Below the pieces are notes generated by a model that ran no database searches, had not been told where the DNA came from, and worked only from the letters and a program-made list of their open reading frames with translations. From a bacterium (GTDB lineage: Bacteria; Omnitrophota; Gorgyraeia; Zapsychrales; Zapsychraceae), in NCBI GenBank assembly GCA_030429765.1, contig JAUIER010000004.1, positions 97,131 to 161,130 of the forward strand: a stretch of 64,000 bases of DNA, read 5' to 3'. Both the position numbers and the translations under genes were made by a program. Shown here one piece after another: positions 29,850-39,873 of the stretch. Position 1 is the first letter of the stretch. Each line of letters begins with the position of its first letter.

Positions 29850-30300
29850 GACTGCGCTCCTTGGCGGTGGATAGACTATTGACGAGTTTCCTTATGATAT
29901 CGAGATAACTTTGCCGCTCTTCTGCGTTGAGACGCTTGAAGAGCTGGATGATTCCATTCTTCTTTTGTTCGAAAACCTCATCTACCACGCGTTGGCCTTG
30001 GGCCGAAATCGATACCAGAACGCGACGCCGATCTTCAGTACATCGCTTTCTATTCACGAATCCTTGCTTAAACAGTCGATCGACCATTCCCGTCGCAGAT
30101 GAGAAGCGAATATCGAGGACATCGACCAATTCATTCATCGTCCACGCATCCCTTCGTGATAACTGATCCAGGACGAGAAACTGCTGACAGGTAATCGTAC
30201 CGCTCGTGACTGAATTGTTTTCGTAGCGCGAAATTTCCTGCATCAGCCGCGGCAGCAGCTCGACCAATTGATCACCAAATTTCTGTGGTGAGATACCCAA
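29821..30300 (-). CDS. MarR family transcriptional regulator
   Basis: 159 aa wHTH (ITCQQFLVLDQLSRRDAWTMNELVDVLDIRFSSATGMVDRL); overlaps adaptor start, first gene of efflux operon. Confidence 0.75.
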   Translation of the reverse strand: MGISPQKFGDQLVELLPRLMQEISRYENNSVTSGTITCQQFLVLDQLSRRDAWTMNELVDVLDIRFSSATGMVDRLFKQGFVNRKRCTEDRRRVLVSISAQGQRVVDEVFEQKKNGIIQLFKRLNAEERQSYLDIIRKLVNSLSTAKERSHELHSQQSV

Positions 30301-30442
30301 ATAGAATCCTTACCTTGATATTATTTCGTGATCCTAAATTTTCACTCCCCTAAATATACAGCAATACGCCGAAATTGCAAGTCCCTGATAATCATGGGCT
30401 ATTCATGGATACAGTGATCGGTGGTGGTAGGTAACCGGAGAA

Positions 30443-32527
30443 TTATTCGGGCATTTCGACGAGTTTACGGATTTCAGGCAATTGGGCCCGGGTGGCGTCT
30501 TCGCCGGCCTTGATCAGATCATCAACCTTGTAAAGCTCAAACCAGTTGATGCCGACGAGGTCGGGATGGATAAGGACGTCCGCCTGCTGCGCGCTTTGCT
30601 CCGCGATGACATACTCGCAGGCCTGAAGCGTGCGGACAATAATGTCCGAAATATTGGGCGAGAGAATTCGATGAAAAAACCGTCCGATTCGAAACGTCAC
30701 ATACGAAATCGGCTTCTTCACAAAGGGGACTGACTCCTTCGCACGAATCTTGGATTCAATGATATCAACACCGGCCGTCACGTCTTCCGGTGACTGCAGC
30801 ACATTGACGGCAATGATTTTCTTAATCCCCCGGCTGGCCAGCACATTTGTCGGCAACGGATTAAGAACTCCCCCATCAATGATTTCCTGATTGTTTGTAC
30901 AGATCGGCTCGATAACACCGGGAATAGCGATACTTTGACGGATACCGTCAACCAGCGAACCTCCGTCGATCACAATCTCCTGCCGTCTCAAAATATCATA
31001 AGCCACCACCTTGAACGGAATCTTCGCGCTATAAAACGTTTTATTGCCCAGGTATTTTCGCAACCAGGCCTTGATCGCCCGGCCGCCGACCAATCCTTTG
31101 ACCGGAATAACCGGATCAAAAAGCTTCAGCATAAACAGCTTGTTTTCAAATTCGCGTGCCGCGCCTTCGAGCTCATCCACCGTCATACCGGACGTCCAAA
31201 AGCCTCCCACCAGAGCTCCCATACTGCTGCCAACGACGACATCAACCGGAATCCCTTCTTCTTCCAACACACGGATCACACCGACATGCGCCACGCCCAA
31301 GGCCGCGCCCCCGCCCAGCACCAGCCCCACCAGCACTCCGCCGATCTCCCGTGCCGTCCGCCTGACCGTCTTGGCGTATTGGGCCTGGTCATGACATGTC
31401 AAAAACGCGAAATTCTCGGTATTGATTTCCTGGGTGAGCTCATCCCGCTGAATCAGCGGTAAGGATGTGTAAACATAGAAATCGATAAACTTATTGATCT
31501 CTTCAAAGGACAGGTATATCTGCGGATGAAACGCCCGGATGATGACCTTGATCCGTTCTTCATTAAAATTTTCCTTCAGCGCCACTTCGAGCCGGTCGAT
31601 GACATTTCGAACCGACTTGAGATCGTCCTTGCGATCCGATGTGATCAGATGAACGATATCTGACTGCGTAAGCGTCTCTTCCACCAGCTCATCCATCTGA
31701 TTCGGTAAATCCACGACGACATAATGATACTCGCCGACCAGCGCGCTGACAAAATGGCTAATTTCATCCTTAAGCAGCTTCCCGTTCCCATGAAACGATA
31801 CATTCAGCACGTCAATCCCTGTCGCATCCTTGGATATACTTTGATAGATCCTGTCGTGGTCCTTGATGATTTCCGTCAAATCGCGCGGGGCTTTCTTCCA
31901 TCGCGGCGTCACTTCATTTTTGGGTATTCGTTCGATATCTTCAGGTTCAGATTCCAGGTTGACATAAACTACTTTCTTATTGGTCTCAAGCTGAAGACTC
32001 ATGGCCAGGTTAACGGAGTAACTGGAACTCCCCGTCCCTTTCAACGGACTATATACAGATATGATGGTACTCTCAAAAATGGTCTTTACGCCGTTGATGG
32101 CGCTGCGAACGCGCTTGGAGAGACTTTGATTGAGATCAATACTTAAGGCGGGGATTGTTTTGAGGATTTGATGAAAATCGTCCTTATCGATGCGCAGGAT
32201 AATGGAATCGTTGACCGCTTCGTACGTTAAGGTATGGTTCTCGCCGGTCAATAACGAAATGATCCCGAAATGCACACCCCGGTGAATAAAGTCGACGTTG
32301 TCTTTGTTGCCTTTCTTGTCGTAGGTATATGTGCGTAATCGACCGGATATCAAACAATAAAAATAGTCGGGCGGATCGCCGGCTCGACGGAGAATTTCGC
32401 CTTTTTTGATCTCCACCAATTCGGATTTCCGCGCGACTTTCTGCAGATCAAACCAGTTCAGATTACGGAATATCGGGATCTGTTTAACGATATTGAAACG
32501 GTTGATAAACGTATTGAGAATGCTCAT
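30443..32527 (-). CDS. three-domain protein: N-terminal cNMP-binding (CAP-type) domain, central ParA/MinD-like domain with degenerate P-loop, C-terminal patatin-like phospholipase
   Basis: Res ~20-130 FRNLNWFDL...GEILRRAGDPPDYFYCLISGRLRTY...FGIISLL; res ~150-400 IISVYSPLKGTGSSSYSVNLA...VVVDLPN; C-term GGGAALGVAHVGV, GSSMG (GxSxG), DGGVLNPLP (catalytic Asp). Confidence 0.7.
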   Translation of the reverse strand: MSILNTFINRFNIVKQIPIFRNLNWFDLQKVARKSELVEIKKGEILRRAGDPPDYFYCLISGRLRTYTYDKKGNKDNVDFIHRGVHFGIISLLTGENHTLTYEAVNDSIILRIDKDDFHQILKTIPALSIDLNQSLSKRVRSAINGVKTIFESTIISVYSPLKGTGSSSYSVNLAMSLQLETNKKVVYVNLESEPEDIERIPKNEVTPRWKKAPRDLTEIIKDHDRIYQSISKDATGIDVLNVSFHGNGKLLKDEISHFVSALVGEYHYVVVDLPNQMDELVEETLTQSDIVHLITSDRKDDLKSVRNVIDRLEVALKENFNEERIKVIIRAFHPQIYLSFEEINKFIDFYVYTSLPLIQRDELTQEINTENFAFLTCHDQAQYAKTVRRTAREIGGVLVGLVLGGGAALGVAHVGVIRVLEEEGIPVDVVVGSSMGALVGGFWTSGMTVDELEGAAREFENKLFMLKLFDPVIPVKGLVGGRAIKAWLRKYLGNKTFYSAKIPFKVVAYDILRRQEIVIDGGSLVDGIRQSIAIPGVIEPICTNNQEIIDGGVLNPLPTNVLASRGIKKIIAVNVLQSPEDVTAGVDIIESKIRAKESVPFVKKPISYVTFRIGRFFHRILSPNISDIIVRTLQACEYVIAEQSAQQADVLIHPDLVGINWFELYKVDDLIKAGEDATRAQLPEIRKLVEMPE

Positions 32528-34383
32528 GCGGACTTGATAATCTCATCCTCCAGCCACTCAAACTCCCGGGCCAGAATTTTTTTGGACACGGACAAATGTT
32601 GGCGATCGTCGTTCGAACGCGACGAACGGAAAAATCCATCCACCTTGCGTCGAGCCATACGGCAGTACAAATCGGCGAGCTCCACCGCATTCGCTTTATC
32701 TTTGTTGGTTTTGATCAGATAATCCGCGTACGTGCAGGTGGCCGCGATAGCAAAGAGCTCAACCCCGATATCGACAACACGATTCAGAATAGCCTGTTTG
32801 GATTCAAGTTTTTTCTGGTACTTCATCATATTGTGGAACACCAATCGAGCGAGTTTTTTGGACGCGTTCGCGCAGTAACGCATATGGCCCGCCAGTTGCG
32901 GATCCAAATCACCGTAGCCTTTGAACGATGGAAACCACAGCGACGGATACCACGTGGCATAATAAGCCCCTAACCCGAGAAAGGTCTTTAACTTGCCACC
33001 CAGACTGGTCTTACTACTTAGTAACGGCAGTGCCTTGCTCAGATGCGGATCCAGGGCCTCGCGGGCGATAAACAAATGCATAATCTCGGATGTACCTTCA
33101 ATGATCAGATTGATGCGGACATCACGAAGCACCCGCTCGACCGGCCAAGCGTGCTGACCGCGGGCCTTGAGAGACTCCGCATTCTCATATCCCTGACCGC
33201 CGCGGATCTGCAATGTCTCGTCGGCAATCAACCAGCTATGATACGTACAGAAATATTTGGCAATCGCCGCTTCAAGACGGATATCCTTCTTTTTATCGTC
33301 TCCCATATGCGAACAAAGCCAGTTCATCGCCTCCATCGCGAACGTATGACTGGAGATATACCCCAACTTAAGTCCGATCGCCTCATGTTCACCGATCGGA
33401 TTCCCCCATTGCACACGTTCGGTAGACCATTCCCGGCAGACATATAAACACCACTTGGCAATACCAACCGATGCGGCCGGTAACGTCAAGCGGCCGGTAT
33501 TTAATGTCGTCAACGCCAATTTCAATCCTTCGCCTTCTCCGCCGATAATATTCTCGCGGGGCACTTTAACATCCTTAAACCGCAACAAGCCGTTCTGAAT
33601 CCCGTGTAATCCCATAAACTGACAGCGATGCACTTTTTCGATCCCCGGCGTGTCCATTTCCACAATAAACGCGGTAATCTGTTTTCGTTCACGTCCCTTG
33701 ATGATCTTCGGCGGTGTGACCGCCATAACAACTATCACGCCGGCAATCAATCCATTGGTACACCACAGCTTGTCCCCATTGATTAGAAAATGTTGACCGT
33801 CTTCCGTCGGTGTGGCGGTCGTGGTCATATTACGCGGATCACTTCCCGCATCCGGTTCGGTGAGAGCAAACGCGGACACAACCCCCTTGCCGAACATCGG
33901 AAGATATTTCTTTTTTTGTTCTTCGGTACCAAATACCTTAAGCGGCTGCGGCACACCGATGCTCTGATGAGCGGACAGCAACACGGCCGTCGACCCGCAA
34001 TAACTGGCAACCAGATGTATAGCCCGATTGTAATTGACCTGGCTCATCCCCAGCCCGCCGTACTCCTTGGGAACTTTGATGGCAAACGCGCCTAGCGATG
34101 ACAAGCCCTTGTAGATTTTTTCCGGGATAATTCCGGTACGATCAACCTCGTCAGCGTCGAGATTCTTCTCCAGAAAATCCTTGAGCTTGGCCACATATTC
34201 ATCCCCGATACGTCTATCTTCTTCGGATTGCGCGGGACATGGATAGATCAAATCCCAGTCTGTTTTTCCCTGAAATAGCTGCAGAGCAAAACTCGGATGA
34301 TTCCATTGCGTTTCGCGCTGATCCTCCGCAAACTCCAGCGACTCGCGCTTTTCCTTGCTGATATTCTTGTCATACATACTCAT
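32524..34383 (-). CDS. acyl-CoA dehydrogenase family protein (long form with C-terminal extension)
   Basis: 619 aa; FALTEPDAGSDP...; GGQGYENAE; 4-nt overlap with downstream patatin gene. Confidence 0.8.
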   Translation of the reverse strand: MSMYDKNISKEKRESLEFAEDQRETQWNHPSFALQLFQGKTDWDLIYPCPAQSEEDRRIGDEYVAKLKDFLEKNLDADEVDRTGIIPEKIYKGLSSLGAFAIKVPKEYGGLGMSQVNYNRAIHLVASYCGSTAVLLSAHQSIGVPQPLKVFGTEEQKKKYLPMFGKGVVSAFALTEPDAGSDPRNMTTTATPTEDGQHFLINGDKLWCTNGLIAGVIVVMAVTPPKIIKGRERKQITAFIVEMDTPGIEKVHRCQFMGLHGIQNGLLRFKDVKVPRENIIGGEGEGLKLALTTLNTGRLTLPAASVGIAKWCLYVCREWSTERVQWGNPIGEHEAIGLKLGYISSHTFAMEAMNWLCSHMGDDKKKDIRLEAAIAKYFCTYHSWLIADETLQIRGGQGYENAESLKARGQHAWPVERVLRDVRINLIIEGTSEIMHLFIAREALDPHLSKALPLLSSKTSLGGKLKTFLGLGAYYATWYPSLWFPSFKGYGDLDPQLAGHMRYCANASKKLARLVFHNMMKYQKKLESKQAILNRVVDIGVELFAIAATCTYADYLIKTNKDKANAVELADLYCRMARRKVDGFFRSSRSNDDRQHLSVSKKILAREFEWLEDEIIKSA

Positions 34384-34467
34384 GGGAATCTCCTTTAAAA
34401 ACCACTAAATTGGCACCAGGTCTTAACCGAAACCTGGATTATTAATCCACAGGACGCTTCTCGACTC

Positions 34468-34755
34468 CTAAGCCGTAAGATATCGGTCGGCGATAATCTC
34501 AATCTCATCCAGCCCGACATGCGAATACCAAATATTGTCGGGAAATACCATCACATTGACGCCCATGCTGCATTGTCCCAGACATGTCGCCTGCGCCACA
34601 CGAACTCGCGGATGCAGGCCACGCTCCTTGGCTAACGTTCGCAACGCCCGAAAGACATCCAGCCCACGCTGATCGCCGCAGCTGGCTTTCTCACCACCGC
34701 AATCATTCGTGCACACAAAGATCTGCCGCTCATAGGGAATATCATTCTGTTTCAT
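34468..34755 (-). CDS. thioredoxin-like [2Fe-2S] ferredoxin
   Basis: 95 aa, IFVCTNDCGGEKASCG...CLGQCSMGVNVMVFP four-Cys pattern of thioredoxin-like Fdx. Confidence 0.6.
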   Translation of the reverse strand: MKQNDIPYERQIFVCTNDCGGEKASCGDQRGLDVFRALRTLAKERGLHPRVRVAQATCLGQCSMGVNVMVFPDNIWYSHVGLDEIEIIADRYLTA

Positions 34756-34773
34756 GTCATTTTTTGTTTTAGA

Positions 34774-35841
34774 TCATGCGGCCTTAGGTGTAAGCCACAC
34801 GAGTGTTTCCAGGTGTCGGGTCTTAGGGAAGAAATCGAAAGGAATCACTTGGTTAATTTTCCATCCGTGACTCAAAAACGCTGCTAGATCCCGGGCCAGG
34901 GCCTCAGGGTTACACGACAAATACAGCAGCTCTTGAAATACCTTTTGCTGCACAAAAAATGTCCGGGCATCGTCACTTAAACCGGCCCGCGGCGGATCGA
35001 TCATGGCCACGTTGTGAGCCGCTCCGGCCTGCGACAGCGCATCAAGATGATCCTCAACGCGACCATCAATCACCGCAAACTTGTCCGTGGCCAATTGACT
35101 TTTGTTGTACCGGGCCAGATCAACCGAGGCCTTACAGTTTTCAATCAAATACCCCTGCTGATACACATCCATCAGCGCCACACTGAACAGTCCGACCCCG
35201 CCGTACAGATCATAAAAATGTGTCTGCGCCGACCAAATCGGCAGCTGCCGGATGCGTTCAAACAAACGCGGCAAAATCGACAAGTTGGCCTGAAAAAACG
35301 TTTCCAACGCAAAATAAATCCGCCGGCCTTCAATCTCCGTCCAGAAATAATCACGCGAATCCATTCGCAAAGATCCTTTGCCAATGCCGCCCCACCGGAC
35401 TTGTCCGTCATCACCGCAACGCACAACCAGATTGGCCAACCTGTATTTCACAGGAAGAATATCAGCTGCCTCCTGCTTGAGGCGGGGAATGAACTCCGAG
35501 ACCGGGGTCATCGCGATCGGACATTCGTCAATCTCCACCACACCAAAACGGTCTCGTGGAGAAAAACCCACGTATATATTCTGATCCCGCGTCTTCAGTA
35601 AACGCAGATCTAACCGATGCCGGTAGTGATACTCACGCGGGGATGGAACAACTGGATCTACCACCGTATGATCAAATCCCGGAACACTTTTTAAAAGATC
35701 AATCAAATGACTAAACTTGTGTTCAAGCTCATCGTTGTACGGAACATGCTGATACACACATCCTCCGCATTGCTCATACACCGGACATAACGGCTTGACT
35801 TTGTTTTCGAGCTTACGCGCGTCATCCATGTCTGAACTCAT
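34774..35841 (-). CDS. TrmA/RumA-family RNA (uracil-5)-methyltransferase (RlmC/RumB-like: Fe-S motif, no TRAM domain)
   Basis: 355 aa; CPVYEQCGGCVYQH...C cluster motif, DLYGGVGLFS SAM motif I, DPPRAGL motif IV. Confidence 0.65.
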   Translation of the reverse strand: MSSDMDDARKLENKVKPLCPVYEQCGGCVYQHVPYNDELEHKFSHLIDLLKSVPGFDHTVVDPVVPSPREYHYRHRLDLRLLKTRDQNIYVGFSPRDRFGVVEIDECPIAMTPVSEFIPRLKQEAADILPVKYRLANLVVRCGDDGQVRWGGIGKGSLRMDSRDYFWTEIEGRRIYFALETFFQANLSILPRLFERIRQLPIWSAQTHFYDLYGGVGLFSVALMDVYQQGYLIENCKASVDLARYNKSQLATDKFAVIDGRVEDHLDALSQAGAAHNVAMIDPPRAGLSDDARTFFVQQKVFQELLYLSCNPEALARDLAAFLSHGWKINQVIPFDFFPKTRHLETLVWLTPKAA

Positions 35842-35845
35842 GTCT

Positions 35846-36397
35846 TTATAGCAGCGTAAACGATTTCATCATATTGTCCGCGACACTGTAGAACTTATCG
35901 AACTGCGCCGGCAATCCCGTGTAGGTCATTTGATAGGCTGTATTCCCATCAAGCGCCCAGATCATGTAGTAGCGAATCTCCGTATCTTCACCCTTACCGG
36001 TAAACAAGACCTTGTAAGCCGGCAATCCACCCAGCGTCGCGACATATGTTGATTCTTCGAGTTCAAAATTCTTCATAAACACAACTTCCATTTGATGGAT
36101 AGCCGTGTCTGAATATTCCTTCAAGCCCATTGGTGAACTCGAAATATCCTGAATCGTTACTGTCACATTTTCCTGAAACGTATCCAAATCTCCGTCGAGC
36201 GGTGAAACAAACATCACCCGAACCCCTCGAAAATTACGCTTCACCTTCCAGCCCGCCGGATGGTTCACGGTGAAAATTTTATCCTTGTCCGTATAGGTTA
36301 CAATTCGGTTAACGTCGTATCGCAGATACAGTCCGACCGCGATAAGTACAACCCCGATAAGCGCCGTTAACGCCCAGTTTCTAGTTGATCGTTTCAT
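35846..36397 (-). CDS. hypothetical membrane-anchored protein
   Basis: 183 aa, single N-terminal TM (WALTALIGVVLIAVGLYL) then soluble domain; no recognisable motif. Confidence 0.35.
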   Translation of the reverse strand: MKRSTRNWALTALIGVVLIAVGLYLRYDVNRIVTYTDKDKIFTVNHPAGWKVKRNFRGVRVMFVSPLDGDLDTFQENVTVTIQDISSSPMGLKEYSDTAIHQMEVVFMKNFELEESTYVATLGGLPAYKVLFTGKGEDTEIRYYMIWALDGNTAYQMTYTGLPAQFDKFYSVADNMMKSFTLL

Positions 36398-36400
36398 TGT

Positions 36401-38533
36401 CTAACCCTTGTTGTAGAATCCATGACCTTGTTCTTTGATTTTGATCAGGTATTCACACGGCTCAAACCGGTCCGATGAATACTGTTTTTTAAATTTTTGA
36501 AGCTGCTCAATGATATGCTTAATGCCAACCTTGTCCGCGTACTTGAGCAGTCCTCCTCTGAACGGCGGAAATCCGGTTCCAAAAATCATTCCGACATCAA
36601 TGGCCTGCGGTTCATCAACGATTCCCTCTCCCAGACAGCGCGCGGCCTCGTTCACCATCAGATATATCATCCGGTTTTCCATCGTATGATTTTCAATCTC
36701 GGAAAAGCCGCGCCCCTGAAGTATCTGATCCACTTCAGGGTTGCTGTCCCGTCGCTGACCATGCGTATAAAATCCCTTACCGGATTTCTTACCCAACCGT
36801 CCCTTTTCCAAAAGTTTGTCAAATAATTCCACCGGCTTAAAGCGATCACCGAAGCTATCTTCCAAAATTCGCATCACTTTTAGACCGACATCCAATCCAA
36901 CCTCGTCGGACAACAGAAACGGCCCCATCGGCAGGCCAAAATCTGTGGCCACCTTGTCGATACGCTCCATGTCGCCCACTTCTTCCAACAGCCGTCCCGC
37001 TTCGGCCATATAAATCAGCAAAATACGGTTCACGATGAATCCACTGGAGTCCTTAACGACAATCGGTGTTTTACCCAGTCGCTTGACCAGGGCCAGCGCG
37101 GACACGATCGTCTCGGTCGACGTCTGCGGTGCGGTAATCACCTCCACCAATGGCATGCGGTGAACCGGATTAAAAAAATGAAATCCGATCACCCTCGAGG
37201 GATTCTTGGTCACCGATGCCATCTCTGAGACAGACAGCGCGGAGGTATTGGTCGCCAGAATCGTATCTTCAGCCACGACATCGCCCAATTCCTTAAACAC
37301 CTTTTGTTTGACTTCCATCTTTTCAACCACGGCCTCAATGACAAAATCCGTCTGAGCAAATCCGCTATAGTCAATCGTTCCGGTAATATGAGCCATCTTT
37401 TCATGGGCCTGGGCGGCATTAAGCTTGCGAATCTTCACCGCCTTTTCAAATACTTTACTAGCCGCTTTGTATCCCTGTGCAATCGCCTCATAATTGATAT
37501 CTTTCAGCCGGACGCGAATATCCTTGGCCGCCATCAATTGAGCGATGCCACCCCCCATAATTCCAGCACCGAGCACACCGCAGCGCTGCACTGTCCTGGG
37601 TTCAATCCCTTCGGCCCCGTCGACGGATAACTTTTTATACTTCTCCATCAAGTAGAAGACATGAACGAGATTTTTCGAAATCTCCGTTACAGCCAGCTGA
37701 CCGAATGTTTCAGCTTCGAGGGCAAGCCCCTCGGTTCGGCTCATGTAATAGTTCTTGGAAACAACATCAACCGCCCGTTCCGGTGCCGGATAAAACCCTT
37801 TGGACTTCTCCAGAACACTCTTCAACGATTTTTTGAAGATCACGGAGTGCCCCCAGCGGTTTGACTCCAGCAATCCAATGATACCCGTTTTTTTAATCCG
37901 CGGATACTTTTTCTTTTTGGAACGTTTCAATACCTCGGACTTAAGGAACTCATCCAGATGATCATCCAGTCCCGCGTTGGGCAGCAGTCGATCGACCAGA
38001 CCGATACGTAACGCCTTTTTGGAATCCACCGGTTTACCCGATAAAATCATTTTCAGCGACTCGGAAAGCCCGACCAAACGCGGCAATCGAAACGTTCCTC
38101 CAAATCCCGGGACAAATCCCAAATTCACTTCGGGCAGACCGATGCGAACGCGCGGATTAAACGTAGCAACCCGATAAAGACACGCTAACGCGAGCTCACA
38201 CCCGCCGCCGAGGGCCACCCCGTCGATCAATGCCACCGTCGGAATCTTAAGATCCTCGATCTTATTCAGAATATCCTGACCTGCCTTGGCTTTTTTAACG
38301 CCGTCGTCAGGCTCGACAATCTTCTCGATCTCCGAGATATCCGCGCCGGCCACGAAGACATTCGGCTTCAAACTGCGGATCACCAAGGCCTTGATCGTTT
38401 TATTCGCGGGAATGCCGGAAACAATACCATCCAGCTGCTGAATGGTATCCATCGACAGAATGTTGACTTTGGAATCCGGCTGATCGAATTCGATATAGCC
38501 GATTTTATCTTGTTCGCTGAATTTCACTGACAT
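36401..38533 (-). CDS. fatty-acid oxidation multifunctional enzyme (enoyl-CoA hydratase + 3-hydroxyacyl-CoA dehydrogenase), FadB/FadJ-like
   Basis: 710 aa; crotonase fold N-terminus, GVLGAGIMGGGIAQ NAD-binding dehydrogenase middle. Confidence 0.9.
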   Translation of the reverse strand: MSVKFSEQDKIGYIEFDQPDSKVNILSMDTIQQLDGIVSGIPANKTIKALVIRSLKPNVFVAGADISEIEKIVEPDDGVKKAKAGQDILNKIEDLKIPTVALIDGVALGGGCELALACLYRVATFNPRVRIGLPEVNLGFVPGFGGTFRLPRLVGLSESLKMILSGKPVDSKKALRIGLVDRLLPNAGLDDHLDEFLKSEVLKRSKKKKYPRIKKTGIIGLLESNRWGHSVIFKKSLKSVLEKSKGFYPAPERAVDVVSKNYYMSRTEGLALEAETFGQLAVTEISKNLVHVFYLMEKYKKLSVDGAEGIEPRTVQRCGVLGAGIMGGGIAQLMAAKDIRVRLKDINYEAIAQGYKAASKVFEKAVKIRKLNAAQAHEKMAHITGTIDYSGFAQTDFVIEAVVEKMEVKQKVFKELGDVVAEDTILATNTSALSVSEMASVTKNPSRVIGFHFFNPVHRMPLVEVITAPQTSTETIVSALALVKRLGKTPIVVKDSSGFIVNRILLIYMAEAGRLLEEVGDMERIDKVATDFGLPMGPFLLSDEVGLDVGLKVMRILEDSFGDRFKPVELFDKLLEKGRLGKKSGKGFYTHGQRRDSNPEVDQILQGRGFSEIENHTMENRMIYLMVNEAARCLGEGIVDEPQAIDVGMIFGTGFPPFRGGLLKYADKVGIKHIIEQLQKFKKQYSSDRFEPCEYLIKIKEQGHGFYNKG

Positions 38534-38554
38534 AATTTTTTCCCGTGCTGATCA

Positions 38555-39832
38555 CTATCTTTCCAGAACAACGGCCGCTCCCTGACCGCCCCCGATACAC
38601 AATGAAACCAATCCATACTTGAGATCATTCCGCTGCATGTGTTTGAGCATCGTCAGGATCAGGCGTGACCCCGTCGTCCCGACCGGATGACCCAACGCAA
38701 TGGCCGCACCGTTGACATTGAGGATATCCCGCGGAATCTCGCCGGTAAACCCTTCATAACCAAACTTGCGGGTAAAGTCTTCAGATTCCAGACACCGCAA
38801 ACAGGCTAATACCTGCGCGGCAAAGGCCTCATTGATCTCCACCGCCTGCATGTCGGATAGCTTGAGTCCGGCTTTTTTAAGAACCATAGGAATGGCGTGA
38901 GCCGGACCGATACCCATCCGATCAGGTTCCACCCCGGCAAAGGCGAATGCCTTAACATAGCCCAACGGCTCCCGTCCTAGTTCTTGACATTTTTCTTCGG
39001 TCCCCATCACCATCATACAGGCCCCATCGGTGATCTGACTGGCATTACCGGCTGTTACCGTCCCGGCATGCCGATCGAATACCGGCCGCAGTTTCGCCAG
39101 CGCCTTGATCGTCTGATTCTCCCGGGGACCGTTATCATCCATCACCGTGGTTTTGTAAGCTGGCCCCGGGGTAACTGGCACTATTTCTTCCCGTAAGATT
39201 TCCCGCGCGGCAATTGCCCGCTGATGACTGAGCAGCGCAAATTCATCCTGCTCCTGGCGGGTGATTCCAAATTCCTTGGCCAGCACTTCGGCTGTCTGCC
39301 CCATATTTAATCCGCATACCGGATCACTCAATCCCTTCATCAAACCCACCACCGGATTGAAGAGCAGCTTCGGCCGGATCTTCCCCAATGCCTTGAGTTT
39401 GGCCGTAATCGTCTTCGCCTTGGACAGTTCAACAAAAATATTCTGCATCTTTTTGGGATAGTACATCGGAATGTTACTCATCGATTCCGTGCCGCCGACA
39501 AAATACAATTGCCCTTCGCCGGCCCTTATCTTCATCACCGCCTGTACCGCCGACTCAATACCCGAGGCACAATTTCGATGCACCGTATACGCGGGAATGC
39601 TCTGCGGAATTCCAGCCAATAATGCAACGACCCGGGCGATATTGGCCGCCTCGGCCGGCTGGCCGACACAACCGATAATGACCTCATCCAGCAGCGACGG
39701 ATCAATCGCGGAACGCTCGATTAATTCCCGCGCGCAGATACGTCCCAACTCCTGGGCGGACAAACTGTCAAAATCCGTTCCATACTTAACAAACGGGGTT
39801 CGAATTCCGTCGATGACGGCGATACGGCTCAT
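38555..39832 (-). CDS. acetyl-CoA C-acyltransferase (3-ketoacyl-CoA thiolase)
   Basis: 425 aa thiolase with NCASGIESAV Cys nucleophile region and C-terminal GLVSLCIGGGQGAAVVLE. Confidence 0.9.
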   Translation of the reverse strand: MSRIAVIDGIRTPFVKYGTDFDSLSAQELGRICARELIERSAIDPSLLDEVIIGCVGQPAEAANIARVVALLAGIPQSIPAYTVHRNCASGIESAVQAVMKIRAGEGQLYFVGGTESMSNIPMYYPKKMQNIFVELSKAKTITAKLKALGKIRPKLLFNPVVGLMKGLSDPVCGLNMGQTAEVLAKEFGITRQEQDEFALLSHQRAIAAREILREEIVPVTPGPAYKTTVMDDNGPRENQTIKALAKLRPVFDRHAGTVTAGNASQITDGACMMVMGTEEKCQELGREPLGYVKAFAFAGVEPDRMGIGPAHAIPMVLKKAGLKLSDMQAVEINEAFAAQVLACLRCLESEDFTRKFGYEGFTGEIPRDILNVNGAAIALGHPVGTTGSRLILTMLKHMQRNDLKYGLVSLCIGGGQGAAVVLER

Positions 39833-39873
39833 ACAATATCCTATCTATCGGTTTAATTTGTTTCAAATTTACA

